NCBI GenBank assembly: GCA_963797935.1
Contig: CAWCRI010000016.1
Span: 19,720 to 83,719, forward strand
Source of the DNA: Vulcanimicrobiota bacterium
GTDB taxonomy: Bacteria > Vulcanimicrobiota > Vulcanimicrobiia > Vulcanimicrobiales > Vulcanimicrobiaceae
Length of the DNA: 64,000 nt
Direction: 5' to 3'
This document shows positions 19,891 to 29,378 of the stretch, in pieces. Under the pieces are notes generated by a model that ran no database searches, had not been told where the DNA came from, and saw nothing but the letters and a program-made list of their open reading frames with translations. The number at the start of each line of letters is the position of its first letter. Position 1 is the stretch's first letter. Made by a program: the position numbers and the translations under genes.

Positions 19891-20753
19891 GACGTTTCGC
19901 CGTCGCGGCGCTCGCCGCGCTCTTCGCCGCCGGTGGCTTTTCGCAGGGCGCGAACGCATCGCCCGTGGGACGCTGGTCGATTGCGTCAGCGCGCGGTGAC
20001 GACCCGTCGCGCGTCCAGCTGCGCTTGGAGTACTCCGACAGCAGCAACGGAAATTCGTGGAACTCGTCGTGGTCGTCGACCGTCGCGCTGAGCGATGCGG
20101 GCATCCCCGCCGACCGCCTGCGCGGACCGGTCGGGCCGGTCACGTTCCGCATCCAGCGCGAGCCCGGCAGCTTCGACTGCACCGGCAGTGCGGGCGAAGG
20201 CTCCGGCGCGGGCCAGTTCCGCTACGAGCCCAGCGCGAGATTCGACGACGCGCTCGCGTCGCGCGGGCTCAGCCGCCCGACCTTCGCGCAGTCGCTCGAG
20301 CTGGCCATCAGCAGCGCGACCCTGGCCTTCGTCGACCAGCTGCGAGCATCGTCTCAGCACGTGACGACCGGCGACGTCGTGCGCGTCATGCAGCACGGCG
20401 TCAACCCGAAGTACATCGGCGAGCTCGCCGCGCTCGGCTATCGTTCCGCGTCGCTCGACGATCTCGTAAAGATGCGCGATCACGGCGTCACACCGGAGTT
20501 CGTGCGCGCGGTGCAGACCGCGGGGTATCGCGATCTGTCGGCCACCGACCTCGTGCGGCTCGCCGACCACGGCGTCGGCCAGCAGTACATCGCGGAGATG
20601 CGCGCGGCGGGCTTCACGAAGGTGACCGCCGACCAGCTGGTCGCACTGCGCGACCACGGCGTGAGCGCGGCGTTCGTCGGCCGCCTGAAGGCGCATGGCT
20701 ACGCGAACCTGTCGGTCCACGACCTGATCCGGCTGCGCGACTCCGGCATCTGA
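19887..20753 (+). CDS. Secreted protein with about 35-aa helical repeats (LVxLRDHGV)
   Basis: GTGA overlap; signal peptide; repeats VVRVMQHGVNPKY, LVKMRDHGVTPEF, LVRLADHGVGQQY and LVALRDHGVSAAF. Confidence 0.8.
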   Translation: MRRFAVAALAALFAAGGFSQGANASPVGRWSIASARGDDPSRVQLRLEYSDSSNGNSWNSSWSSTVALSDAGIPADRLRGPVGPVTFRIQREPGSFDCTGSAGEGSGAGQFRYEPSARFDDALASRGLSRPTFAQSLELAISSATLAFVDQLRASSQHVTTGDVVRVMQHGVNPKYIGELAALGYRSASLDDLVKMRDHGVTPEFVRAVQTAGYRDLSATDLVRLADHGVGQQYIAEMRAAGFTKVTADQLVALRDHGVSAAFVGRLKAHGYANLSVHDLIRLRDSGI

Positions 20754-20830
20754 TCGCGGCGCGCTGCGCGGCGGCGCGCTTTTGCTTGCGCTCAACTCTT
20801 ATTTCATTAGTCGGTGGAGAGGTGCTCTCG

Positions 20831-22942
20831 ATGTCACGTCTGGGAATCGTTCCGGTCGCCGCGTTCGCTGCCGCGTTCGTTTGCGCGCTCGGTGCTCCGG
20901 CGGGTGCGGTGTCGGTGCGGCCGCAACTCGCCATTCCGCACGTGGCAAAAGGCCCGGCGATCGACGGAACGCTCACCGACGAAGCGTGGAAATCGGCGAA
21001 GCACCTCACGCTGGCATGGGATCTGCGCCACAAGGCGGCGCCCGCGCAGCCGACCGACGTGTACGTGATCGGCGACGATCAAGCGCTGTACGTCGCGTTC
21101 GACGCGAAGCAGACCGCCGAGATCGTCGCGAACCAGCACACCGACGACGTCGGCTTCGACACCGACGATGAAGTGCAAGTCGACTTGTGGCCGGGCGGCC
21201 CGCAGGGTTTTCGCTATCTCTTCACCGCGACGCCGCTTGGCACGCACTACCAGCACTCCAGCGAGAACGCCGCGTACGCGCCGAAGTGGCAGAGCGTCGG
21301 CAAGCTGCGGCCGGGCGGCTTCACGGTCACCATGCGCATTCCGTTCGGCGTGATGCGCGGCGACGGGCGCGCGAGCTGGCCGATCCAGTTCGTGCGGTTC
21401 GTGCAGAAGACGGACGACCTGCAGGTGTGGGCGTTCGAGGAAGGCCAGTCCGATCACAACGACGTCGTGTACGCCGGCACGCTGAGCGGCCTCTCGGCCA
21501 GCGCCGCGGGCGCGCGCCCCCAGCCGCGGATCGGTTTGTTCAGCGTCGGCGAAATCGCCGCCAAGCACGACGACGGGACGACCACACGCTCGGGCGCGGA
21601 CCTCTCGATCCCGATCACGCGCACGGCGTCGTTCGTCGCGACGATCCATCCCGATTTCTCGAACGTCGAACAAGACCAGCAGTCGATCTCGCCGACGGTG
21701 TACCGCCGGTTCTTCAGCGAGGTGCGGCCGTTCTTCGCGCAGATGCAGAACGCCACCAACCCGTTCGACTGCGAGGTGTGCCCGGGCATCACCGAGCTCT
21801 ACACGCCCGCGATCCCGACGCCCAAGCGCGGCTACGCGCTGGAAGGCTCGCAAGGACCCGTCACGTTCAACGCGTTCGACTCCGTCGGCGACCGCCGCAC
21901 CGACAATGCGCAAGCATTTCAGTGGCGCAACGCGTCGCGCACCGTCGGCGTCGGCTACCAGGGCGTGGAGACGTACGCGCCGGGCTTCGCCGACCGGCTC
22001 ACCACGGTGGGCGCCTTCGTGAGCGACCGCAAGCACAAGGTCGCGTACGTGAACTACGGCTGGGACCGCGGTACGAACGTGCTCGACAACGCGCAGGCGC
22101 AGCGCATCGACGTGGGCGCCGCGTACTACGGCACCGACTACTACTTCGGGGGCGGCGTGCGCAAGATCGGCGGCTACTACAACCCCGTCGACGGCCTGAT
22201 CTCGACGCCCGACGTGGCCGGCTGGTCGGGCGACTGGAACCGCACTTGGCGGTTCAAGCCGGGCAAGTGGCTCAAGAGCGTGTACGTCGAGGGATTCATC
22301 GAGCGCTACCACGGCGCGGACGGCCGGCTCGACCGCACCAGCAGCGACCTTGCGTTCACGCTCGTCGACAAGAACCTGTTCCGGCTCAACTTCGACACCG
22401 GCTCGTCCTATCTCAGGCTCCAGGACGGCCGCATGACGCCGGTGTCGCTCGCCGGCGTCGCGCTCAGCTACCGCAACGGGACCGCGACGCCGACCAACTT
22501 CGTGTTCAACCGTGGCCGCTTCGGCGACGGCCACATCGCGACGTTCGACCGCAACACCGTGCTCAAGCTCGGCCCGATCACGCAGCTCTCGCTGCAAGCG
22601 TTCGACACGGTGTGGTACGCAGACGCGGGCTACCGCAACATTCAGTGGCTGGAACGGGTGGCGCTGACGCGCAACATCTCGCGCGAGAGCTCGTTCGCGG
22701 TCGGCTGGCGGCGCATCATCGGCACGCCGCCGGCCGTCGGCAACTTCGCGTCGTACGGCGTCGCGCCGTTTCCGGTCGGCCCTGCGAGCTTTTTCTCGGC
22801 GACGAACGTCTCCGTCGCGTACGCCTATCACCGCAAGCGCGACGAGCTCTATTTCGTCTACGGCGACGCGAGCGCGGCCGTGACGAAGCCCGCGCTCATC
22901 ATGAAGTACGTGTTCTATCTGGGCGGCGAGAAGGGGACGTAA
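20831..22942 (+). CDS. CBM9-like/DUF5916-type outer-membrane protein
   Basis: Signal peptide, PAIDGTLTDEAW, ALYVAFDA, TIHPDFSNVEQD...FSEVRPFF and a beta-strand-rich C-terminus. Confidence 0.75.
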   Translation: MSRLGIVPVAAFAAAFVCALGAPAGAVSVRPQLAIPHVAKGPAIDGTLTDEAWKSAKHLTLAWDLRHKAAPAQPTDVYVIGDDQALYVAFDAKQTAEIVANQHTDDVGFDTDDEVQVDLWPGGPQGFRYLFTATPLGTHYQHSSENAAYAPKWQSVGKLRPGGFTVTMRIPFGVMRGDGRASWPIQFVRFVQKTDDLQVWAFEEGQSDHNDVVYAGTLSGLSASAAGARPQPRIGLFSVGEIAAKHDDGTTTRSGADLSIPITRTASFVATIHPDFSNVEQDQQSISPTVYRRFFSEVRPFFAQMQNATNPFDCEVCPGITELYTPAIPTPKRGYALEGSQGPVTFNAFDSVGDRRTDNAQAFQWRNASRTVGVGYQGVETYAPGFADRLTTVGAFVSDRKHKVAYVNYGWDRGTNVLDNAQAQRIDVGAAYYGTDYYFGGGVRKIGGYYNPVDGLISTPDVAGWSGDWNRTWRFKPGKWLKSVYVEGFIERYHGADGRLDRTSSDLAFTLVDKNLFRLNFDTGSSYLRLQDGRMTPVSLAGVALSYRNGTATPTNFVFNRGRFGDGHIATFDRNTVLKLGPITQLSLQAFDTVWYADAGYRNIQWLERVALTRNISRESSFAVGWRRIIGTPPAVGNFASYGVAPFPVGPASFFSATNVSVAYAYHRKRDELYFVYGDASAAVTKPALIMKYVFYLGGEKGT

Positions 22943-22944
22943 CG

Positions 22945-22973
22945 AAAAAGACCGCCTCGTGCGAGGCGGTCTT
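22945..22973. terminator. Intrinsic terminator between convergent genes
   Basis: AAGACCGCCTCG-TG-CGAGGCGGTCTT; the A-run at 22945-22949 gives a U-tract on the minus strand. Confidence 0.8.
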
Positions 22974-23008
22974 CTGCTGCTGCGGCGCGGGCGCCGAGCG
23001 AGGGCGGT

Positions 23009-23341
23009 TTACTTGACGCTGGTCGTCGCGGGCTTGGCGGCCGACTGGATGACCTGCTCCGCGGCGTTCACGACGTTGCGCTGGGTCACGGTGAACACGC
23101 CGGCGAGCTGCGACGCGAACGCGCTCTGCTGCTCGAGGACGTTCTTGGCGAACGCGGTGTTGAGGTCCGTGAGCTCGGCCAGCGTCGGCAGGTTGCCCAT
23201 CGGCATCGACGGCTGGAACGACGGCACGCTGGAGACGATCTCGCCGATCGTCGTCAGGGTCGCGACCTGGGTCGCTTGCGCTTGCTTGAGGGCGTCGAGG
23301 CTCTGCGCTTGGAGCTTGGCGATGGTTTCGAGATACGTCAT
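23009..23341 (-). CDS. Phasin-like small amphipathic protein
   Basis: 110 aa, helical and Ala/Gln-rich (FAKNVLEQQSAFASQL); lies in the PHB cluster. Confidence 0.65.
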   Translation of the reverse strand: MTYLETIAKLQAQSLDALKQAQATQVATLTTIGEIVSSVPSFQPSMPMGNLPTLAELTDLNTAFAKNVLEQQSAFASQLAGVFTVTQRNVVNAAEQVIQSAAKPATTSVK

Positions 23342-23347
23342 GCGCTA

Positions 23348-23377
23348 AGTATATCAAGCATCTGCTAGATACGTCAA
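23348..23377 (-). promoter_or_regulatory. Leaderless sigma70 promoter with an operator in the spacer
   Basis: Minus strand reads TTGACG-18-TATACT-6-ATG; inverted repeat TATCAAGCA-TC-TGCTAGATA at 23352-23371. Confidence 0.75.
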
Positions 23378-23397
23378 GCGACCTATGTCGGACCGGG

Positions 23398-23769
23398 TCA
23401 AGCGCGTTCGACGAAGCCCCGGTAGATGCTGACGAGCGTCTGCTTCTGATCGTCGGTGAGGCGCGCGTCGGCCCGGATCGCGTCCTCGACGGGCGGCGCC
23501 GTCGCGGCGCTGCGCTCGGCCGCGGTGCCGTCGAGGAGGCCGGCTTGGGCGTACATCGTCTCCGCGGAGATCTTCAGCGCCGTCGCGAGGTTCTTGAGCA
23601 CGTCCGCCGACGGCTTGTGCAGCCCGCGCTCGATCTGGCTCAAGTAGGGGTTCGAGATCTTCGCGATGTCCGCGAGCTGGCGCAGCGAGAGGTTCGCCAT
23701 CTCGCGCTGGCCGCGGATGAAATCCCCGACCCCGCGCCAGATCGCGTCGGCGTCGTCGTTCTTGGCCAC
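23398..23769 (-). CDS. XRE family HTH regulator
   Basis: GDFIRGQRE..NLSLRQLA...ISNPYLSQIERGLHKPSA...AIRADARLTDDQKQTL. Confidence 0.9.
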   Translation of the reverse strand: MAKNDDADAIWRGVGDFIRGQREMANLSLRQLADIAKISNPYLSQIERGLHKPSADVLKNLATALKISAETMYAQAGLLDGTAAERSAATAPPVEDAIRADARLTDDQKQTLVSIYRGFVERA

Positions 23770-23771
23770 CG

Positions 23772-24512
23772 CTACATGTCCAAGCCGCCGTTGATCGTGT
23801 AGACGGCCCCCGTGATGTAGCTGGACTCGTCCTCGAGCAGAAACTGCACGACGCGCGCCACTTCTTCGGGCTTGCCGAGCCGGCGCTGCGGGATCTTCTC
23901 GATCACCGCGTCGAGCGCGGCTTGCGGAATCTGCCCGACCATCTCGGTCGCGATGAAGCCCGGCGCGACGGTGTTCACGGTGATGCCGCGGCGCGCCATC
24001 TCGAGCGCGAGGCTCTTCGTGAGCCCGAACAAACCGGCTTTCGATGCGGCGTAGTTCGCTTGGCCGACGTTGCCGGTCTCGCCGATCACGGAGCTGATGT
24101 TGACGATGCGCCCGGAGCCGCGCTCGATCATGTGCTCGAGCACGCTCTTGATCATGCAGAACGAGCCGAACAGGTTGACGTCCAGCACGCTGTGCCAGTC
24201 GTCGTACGTCATCTTGCGGACCGTCTTGTCGAGGGTGATGCCGGCGTTGTTCACGAGGAAATCGATGCGGCCGAAGCGCTGCATCACCTCGGCGACGACC
24301 CGCTCGCAGTCTTCCGGCTTGTCGACGCGGCCTTGGTGGACCGATACCTGGCCGCCGTCGCCCTCGAGCGTGCGCTGCAGCGCCTGCGCGGCTTCTTCTC
24401 CCTTGCTGTAGCCGGCGGCGACGCGCGCGCCGTTCTTCGCAAGCATCGTCGTAATGGCGGCGCCGATCCCGCGGGTGCCGCCGGTGACGAGCGCAACGTG
24501 TCCGTCAAACAT
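23772..24512 (-). CDS. phbB: Acetoacetyl-CoA reductase (SDR)
   Basis: ALVTGGTRGIG, NNAGIT.D, GQANYAASKAG, VAPGFIATEMV and INGGL motifs; PHB gene context. Confidence 0.8.
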   Translation of the reverse strand: MFDGHVALVTGGTRGIGAAITTMLAKNGARVAAGYSKGEEAAQALQRTLEGDGGQVSVHQGRVDKPEDCERVVAEVMQRFGRIDFLVNNAGITLDKTVRKMTYDDWHSVLDVNLFGSFCMIKSVLEHMIERGSGRIVNISSVIGETGNVGQANYAASKAGLFGLTKSLALEMARRGITVNTVAPGFIATEMVGQIPQAALDAVIEKIPQRRLGKPEEVARVVQFLLEDESSYITGAVYTINGGLDM

Positions 24513-24683
24513 CGAGATCCTCCGAGAGGCCGATATCGCCGCCCACGGTCGTCTTGCCTTCCGCCGCCGCACGGTCCGAAGGCTTTTCATGCCGCCGCCG
24601 GAAGCTGCGACGGAACCACGGGTGTTGAGCAGGCGTGCGGTTTCCGATGATTCCATGGGAAGAAGCAGCGCTGGAGGCGATCC

Positions 24684-25871
24684 ATCTACTACGAACAGTA
24701 CGACGCGGCGTATCTCGCGATGACCCCTGCGCGCTGGTCCGCAGCGGCGACCAAAGCCGTCTTCGGCAACCCGTTCAACCCCTTCAGCTACACCCTGCCG
24801 GGCCGCATGATGAACGCGTCGGCCGACGTCTTTGCCGGCATGACCCGCAAGCGCGGGAAGCCCGCGTGGAATCTGCCGGCGACCGTCGAGGTGTTCGACG
24901 ATCGGCCGTTCGGCCGCCTGATCCGCTTCGTGACCGGCGACCGGCGCGAACGGCCGCGCGTGCTGGTGGTCGCTCCGATGTCCGGGCATTACGCGACGCT
25001 GCTGCGCGGCACGGTGGAAGCGCTGCTCGGCGCGCACGACGTCTACGTGACGGACTGGAACGACGCGCGCGACGTGCCGCTCGGGGCCGGACGGTTCGAC
25101 CTGGACGACTACATCGGCTACGTCAAGGACTACATCGGTGCGCTCGGACCCGACGTGCACGTGATCGCCGTGTGCCAGCCTGCGCCCGCCGTGCTCGCGG
25201 CGGTCGCGCTGTTAGCGGCGGAAAACGATCCGGCGCAGCCGCGCACGATGACGCTCATGGGCGGTCCGGTCGACGTGCGCTCCGCGCCAACCGCACCGAC
25301 GAAGCTCGCCGCGGAAAACTCGCTGGAATGGTTCGAGCGCGAGCTCACGATGCGCGTGCCGCAATGGTACGCGGGCGCGGGCCGCGCCGTGTACCCGGGC
25401 TTCTTGCAGATCGGTGCGTTCATGTCGATGCACCCGCAGCGGCACATGGAAGCGCACGTCAGGATCTTCGAGGATCTCGTGCGCGGCGACGGCGAGTCGG
25501 CGCAGAAGCGGCGCGCGTTCTACGACGAGTACCTCAGCGTCATGGACATCACCGCGGAGTTCTACCTGCAGACGGTGGACGAGGTGTTCCAGCGCGCGAC
25601 GCTCGCGAGCGGCACGATGACGTGGCGCGGCGAGCGCGTCGATCCGGCGGCGATTCGCAACACCGCGCTGCTGACTGTCGAGGGCGAGCTCGACGACATC
25701 TCCGCGCCCGGCCAGACGCTGGCCGCGCACGCGCTGTGCAGCGGCATCCCCGGCGACCGCCACCACACCGTGTTCCAGCCCGGCGTCGGCCACTACGGCA
25801 TCTTCAGCGGCCGCACGTGGCGCGAGGAGATCGCGCCGCAGATCGCGGCGTTCATCACCGCACAGTCGTAA
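24684..25871 (+). CDS. phaZ: Intracellular PHB depolymerase; probable ATC start
   Basis: VAPMSGHYATLLRGTV, AVCQP, VYPGFLQ, EGELDDIS and GVGHYGIFSG motifs; GGAGG-6nt-ATC precedes YYEQYD. Confidence 0.9.
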   Translation: MYYEQYDAAYLAMTPARWSAAATKAVFGNPFNPFSYTLPGRMMNASADVFAGMTRKRGKPAWNLPATVEVFDDRPFGRLIRFVTGDRRERPRVLVVAPMSGHYATLLRGTVEALLGAHDVYVTDWNDARDVPLGAGRFDLDDYIGYVKDYIGALGPDVHVIAVCQPAPAVLAAVALLAAENDPAQPRTMTLMGGPVDVRSAPTAPTKLAAENSLEWFERELTMRVPQWYAGAGRAVYPGFLQIGAFMSMHPQRHMEAHVRIFEDLVRGDGESAQKRRAFYDEYLSVMDITAEFYLQTVDEVFQRATLASGTMTWRGERVDPAAIRNTALLTVEGELDDISAPGQTLAAHALCSGIPGDRHHTVFQPGVGHYGIFSGRTWREEIAPQIAAFITAQS

Positions 25872-25874
25872 GCC

Positions 25875-26090
25875 TCAGCGCGACGGCTTGCCGTCGGGAT
25901 CGACCATCGAGCCTTGATCGGACGAGGCGGCTGCTGTGGTCTGCGGCTGACCGTTGGGGTCGATCCTGATGCCCGCGGCGCTGCACGCGCCGGAATGCGT
26001 GCGCGGGCACCCGTTGGGGTCCATGCCGCCGCCGGCGAACCCGACGGCGCTGAACGTCAACAGCGCGGACAAGACGGCGAATATCAGCAT
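25875..26090 (-). CDS. Small secreted peptide precursor with three GxxxDP[N/D]G repeats
   Basis: MLIFAVLSALLTFSAVGFA followed by GGGMDPNG, GIRIDPNG and GSMVDPDG. Confidence 0.75.
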   Translation of the reverse strand: MLIFAVLSALLTFSAVGFAGGGMDPNGCPRTHSGACSAAGIRIDPNGQPQTTAAASSDQGSMVDPDGKPSR

Positions 26091-26273
26091 GACGACGACT
26101 GCTCACGTGCGCCGTGGCAGACCTGCGCCGCGTCACAACGGCGTCACACGCCGCGAGGGCCCCGCCGCCCGCGCGGAAGTGCACGATTCGTGCCAAGGAC
26201 GAAGATCGCGAACGGCGGGCCGAGTAGGTTGGCGTCAATCCGTCACTTCGAAACCCGTCATTGGGAGATCCCT

Positions 26274-28319
26274 TTGCGATTCGTCCCTCTCGCCGCGGCC
26301 CTTGCGATCGGCGCGCTGTTCGTCGCGGCTTCCCCGTCTGTTCGCGCGCAGGGCCGGCCGGCCGTCATCGACTGGCACGTCTCGGCAGACCGGATCCGCT
26401 CGTCGTGCGCCGCCGAGATCGCGACAGCGCGCGGGCGGTTCGGTGCGCTCGCGGCGGCGACCGAGCCCCGGACGTTCCGCAACACCGTGCTCGGCGTCGA
26501 GGACATCACCGCCGACCTGAATGACGCACTCGTTGCGCAGACGTTCCTCTCGCAAGTCAGCCCCGACAAGAACCTGCGCAAGGTCTCGCTCGCGTGCTCG
26601 AACGACGTGTCGGCGCTCGGAACCGACGTCACCGCGAATCCGCGCCTCTACCGCGCGCTGATGGCGGCGCGCACGAGCGGAACCGCGAAGACCACGGCCG
26701 ATCGCGCGCTCACCGCGCTGTGGATCCAGCAATTCGAGCGTTCCGGCGCAGCGCTGCGGCCGGCCCGGCGAGCCGAGTTCGTGCGCCTCAGCAAACAGCT
26801 GACGTCCGTTCAGAACCGGTACAGCGAGAACTACGCCAACGACAAGACGGCCATCACGATCGGCAAGGCGGAAGCGGCCGGCCTCACCTCGGGTTTCCTG
26901 GCGTCGCTCACGCGCGCCGGCGACGGTTACGCGATCCCGGTGAACGAGAGCACGAGCCCGCAAGTGCTCAACAACGCCGCGAACGATGGCGTGCGCAAGC
27001 GCTTCTATCTCGCGTTCGGCACCATCCAGGCGCGGCAAAACGTCGCGCTCCTGCAGCAGGCCATCGGCATCCGGGACCGGCTCGCGCACCTGCTCGGATT
27101 TTCGAGCTGGGCCGCGTACCAGCTCGCGCCGCGCGTCGACCCGAGCCCGCGCCACATCGCGCGCTTTCTCACGGACTTGGACGCGCACGTAATGCCGCAG
27201 GCGCGCAAGCAAATGCATGAGCTGGCCGCGTTGAAGGCGCGCGACACGGGCACGCATTCCCCCTTGCAGCTCTGGGACGTCGGATACTACCTGACGCAGG
27301 TTCGCAAGTCCAAGTACGCGCTGGATCCCGAGGCCGTTCGCCCATACTACCCGGCGCCGCACACGGTCGATGCGGTAATGGGAATCTATCAGCATCTGCT
27401 CGGCGTCCGCTTCGCACCGGTGACGCCCGCCGGCAGCTGGTATCCTGACGTGACGGAGTACGCGATCTCCGACGCCGCGTCGGGAAAATTCATTGGAACG
27501 TTCTATCTCGATCTGTTTCCGCGCGACGGCAAACCCGGCGGCGCGTACAACGCGGCGGTGCTCCCCGTGCGGCGCGACGGCAGCGGCCGCTTTCGCTCGC
27601 CCGTGTCCGTGATGCAGGTCAGCGACTGGCCCGCTGCGACCGGCGGAAAGCCGGCGCTCCTGCGGCACGACGACGTCGTCGTCTTCTTCCACGAGTTCGG
27701 CCACCTCATGGCGTCGCTTCTGGCAGAGACGCCGTACGAGTCGCTGAACCAGTTCCAGCAAGACTTCGTCGAAGCACCCTCGCAGATGCTGGAGAACTTC
27801 GTGTGGACCCCGTCCATCATGAAGAAGATCAGCGCGCACGTGGACACCGGCGCGCCGCTGCCCGATGCGACCATCGCGAAGATGGTCCATGCGCGCTGCG
27901 TGACGGACCGCCTATGCAACGCGTATGCGGCCACGCGGCAGCTGCTGTATTCGATCGCCGACCTGGACTACCACATGGCGGGCCCGCACGTCGACACGAC
28001 GGCGACGTGGGCCAAGCTCTCGCGCGACACGACGCCGTTCGCGCTGCCGCCCGGCCTGCATCCGGAGGCGCAGTTCACGCACGTGATGAGCGGGTACGAT
28101 GCCGGCTACTACACGTACCTGTGGTCGCTGGTCTACGCGCAAGACATGTTCACCGCGTTTCAAAAAGGCGGCCTGGAGAATCCGGCCGTCGGCATGCGCT
28201 ACCGGCGAACGATCCTCGCGCCGGCGCGCGCGCTGAGCCCCGACGTGGAAGTGAAGAATTTCCTCGGCCGCCCGATGAGCACCGCGGCGTTCTACGCCGG
28301 CTTCAAGCGCCGCCTGTAA
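26274..28319 (+). CDS. Secreted M3 family (thimet-like) oligopeptidase
   Basis: TTG start after GGAGA; signal peptide; FYLDLFPRDGK, FHEFGHLM, DFVEAPSQMLENF and GYDAGYYTYLWS. Confidence 0.92.
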   Translation: MRFVPLAAALAIGALFVAASPSVRAQGRPAVIDWHVSADRIRSSCAAEIATARGRFGALAAATEPRTFRNTVLGVEDITADLNDALVAQTFLSQVSPDKNLRKVSLACSNDVSALGTDVTANPRLYRALMAARTSGTAKTTADRALTALWIQQFERSGAALRPARRAEFVRLSKQLTSVQNRYSENYANDKTAITIGKAEAAGLTSGFLASLTRAGDGYAIPVNESTSPQVLNNAANDGVRKRFYLAFGTIQARQNVALLQQAIGIRDRLAHLLGFSSWAAYQLAPRVDPSPRHIARFLTDLDAHVMPQARKQMHELAALKARDTGTHSPLQLWDVGYYLTQVRKSKYALDPEAVRPYYPAPHTVDAVMGIYQHLLGVRFAPVTPAGSWYPDVTEYAISDAASGKFIGTFYLDLFPRDGKPGGAYNAAVLPVRRDGSGRFRSPVSVMQVSDWPAATGGKPALLRHDDVVVFFHEFGHLMASLLAETPYESLNQFQQDFVEAPSQMLENFVWTPSIMKKISAHVDTGAPLPDATIAKMVHARCVTDRLCNAYAATRQLLYSIADLDYHMAGPHVDTTATWAKLSRDTTPFALPPGLHPEAQFTHVMSGYDAGYYTYLWSLVYAQDMFTAFQKGGLENPAVGMRYRRTILAPARALSPDVEVKNFLGRPMSTAAFYAGFKRRL

Positions 28320-28329
28320 AAAGGGTCGT

Positions 28330-29310
28330 TCAGTCGCCCCGGCCGTTGAGCAGCGGCAGCTCGAGCTCGCGCACGTTCGCCGGCGCCTTGTTCAGCATGC
28401 CGATCTCTTTCATGAACGCCGCCGTTCGCACGAACGCGTGCGGCGTCATGTCCCACGACACGTCGGGCCCCGTGATCCAGCCTTTGAATCTCGCGGCCGT
28501 CGTCTTGCCCTCCGCGTCTTTCGAGAGCAGTGCCGCAGCCTGATCCGGATCGCGGTTGAGCACGTTGGTCGCGCTGCGCAGCTCGTCGAACATCGCCTTG
28601 ACGAGCACGGGATACTGCTTAGCGAAGTTCTCCGTCGTGTAGACGCTGTTGAACGTGCTTCGCCCGAACGACAGGAAGCTGCGGAACACCACGTGACCGC
28701 CCGCTTCGACTTCCTGCTGCTGGAACGGCGGAGCGCTCATGTGCAGCTCCAACTGCTTCGCCGACATCGCTTGCACGCCGAGCGGGTGCTGGATGGCGAC
28801 GATGTTCGTGTCGAACTTGTGCGCGTCGCCGAACTGCTCTTGCGCGGCCTTGCGCAGCGCGATCGCCTGCACGGCGTCGGGCGACGGCATCCCGATCTTC
28901 GCATTGGGCGGAATGTCCTTGAGCGTCTTGATGTTCGGCTCGTCGGCGCGCGCGACCATCCATAAGTTCATCACGTTCATCGGCGCGATCAGCTTGTAGC
29001 CGACGCCGCGGTCCCAGCCGATCAGGAACGGGCCGTTGCCGCCCGCGCCGATCTGGATTTGCCCGGCGAGGATGCCGTCGCGGATCGCGTCGCCGTTGGT
29101 GAGCACGCGCCAGTCGAACTTCGTGCCCGGAAAGCGCTTCTCGAGCACGCCGAGCTGCTTGACGATGATGAGCGTCGCGTAGCCGATCCCCGGCTGGTAG
29201 GCGATCGTCACGGTGGGCGGCGCGTCGCTCGCGGCGGGGACGGGCCCCGCGGCGAGGCCGGTGACGGCCAGCGCGGCAACGATCGAGAGCAACGTACGGC
29301 GCAACGTCAT
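28330..29310 (-). CDS. SsuA/NMT1-type ABC transporter substrate-binding protein
   Basis: Signal peptide; IAYQPGIGY...IKTLKD...; no permease gene adjacent. Confidence 0.8.
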   Translation of the reverse strand: MTLRRTLLSIVAALAVTGLAAGPVPAASDAPPTVTIAYQPGIGYATLIIVKQLGVLEKRFPGTKFDWRVLTNGDAIRDGILAGQIQIGAGGNGPFLIGWDRGVGYKLIAPMNVMNLWMVARADEPNIKTLKDIPPNAKIGMPSPDAVQAIALRKAAQEQFGDAHKFDTNIVAIQHPLGVQAMSAKQLELHMSAPPFQQQEVEAGGHVVFRSFLSFGRSTFNSVYTTENFAKQYPVLVKAMFDELRSATNVLNRDPDQAAALLSKDAEGKTTAARFKGWITGPDVSWDMTPHAFVRTAAFMKEIGMLNKAPANVRELELPLLNGRGD

Positions 29311-29378
29311 GACGAAACCCTCCGGAGAGCGGCGGAACCCGGGGAGAGAATTGGTTCGGCGGTTGCGAAGGCCTCCTC

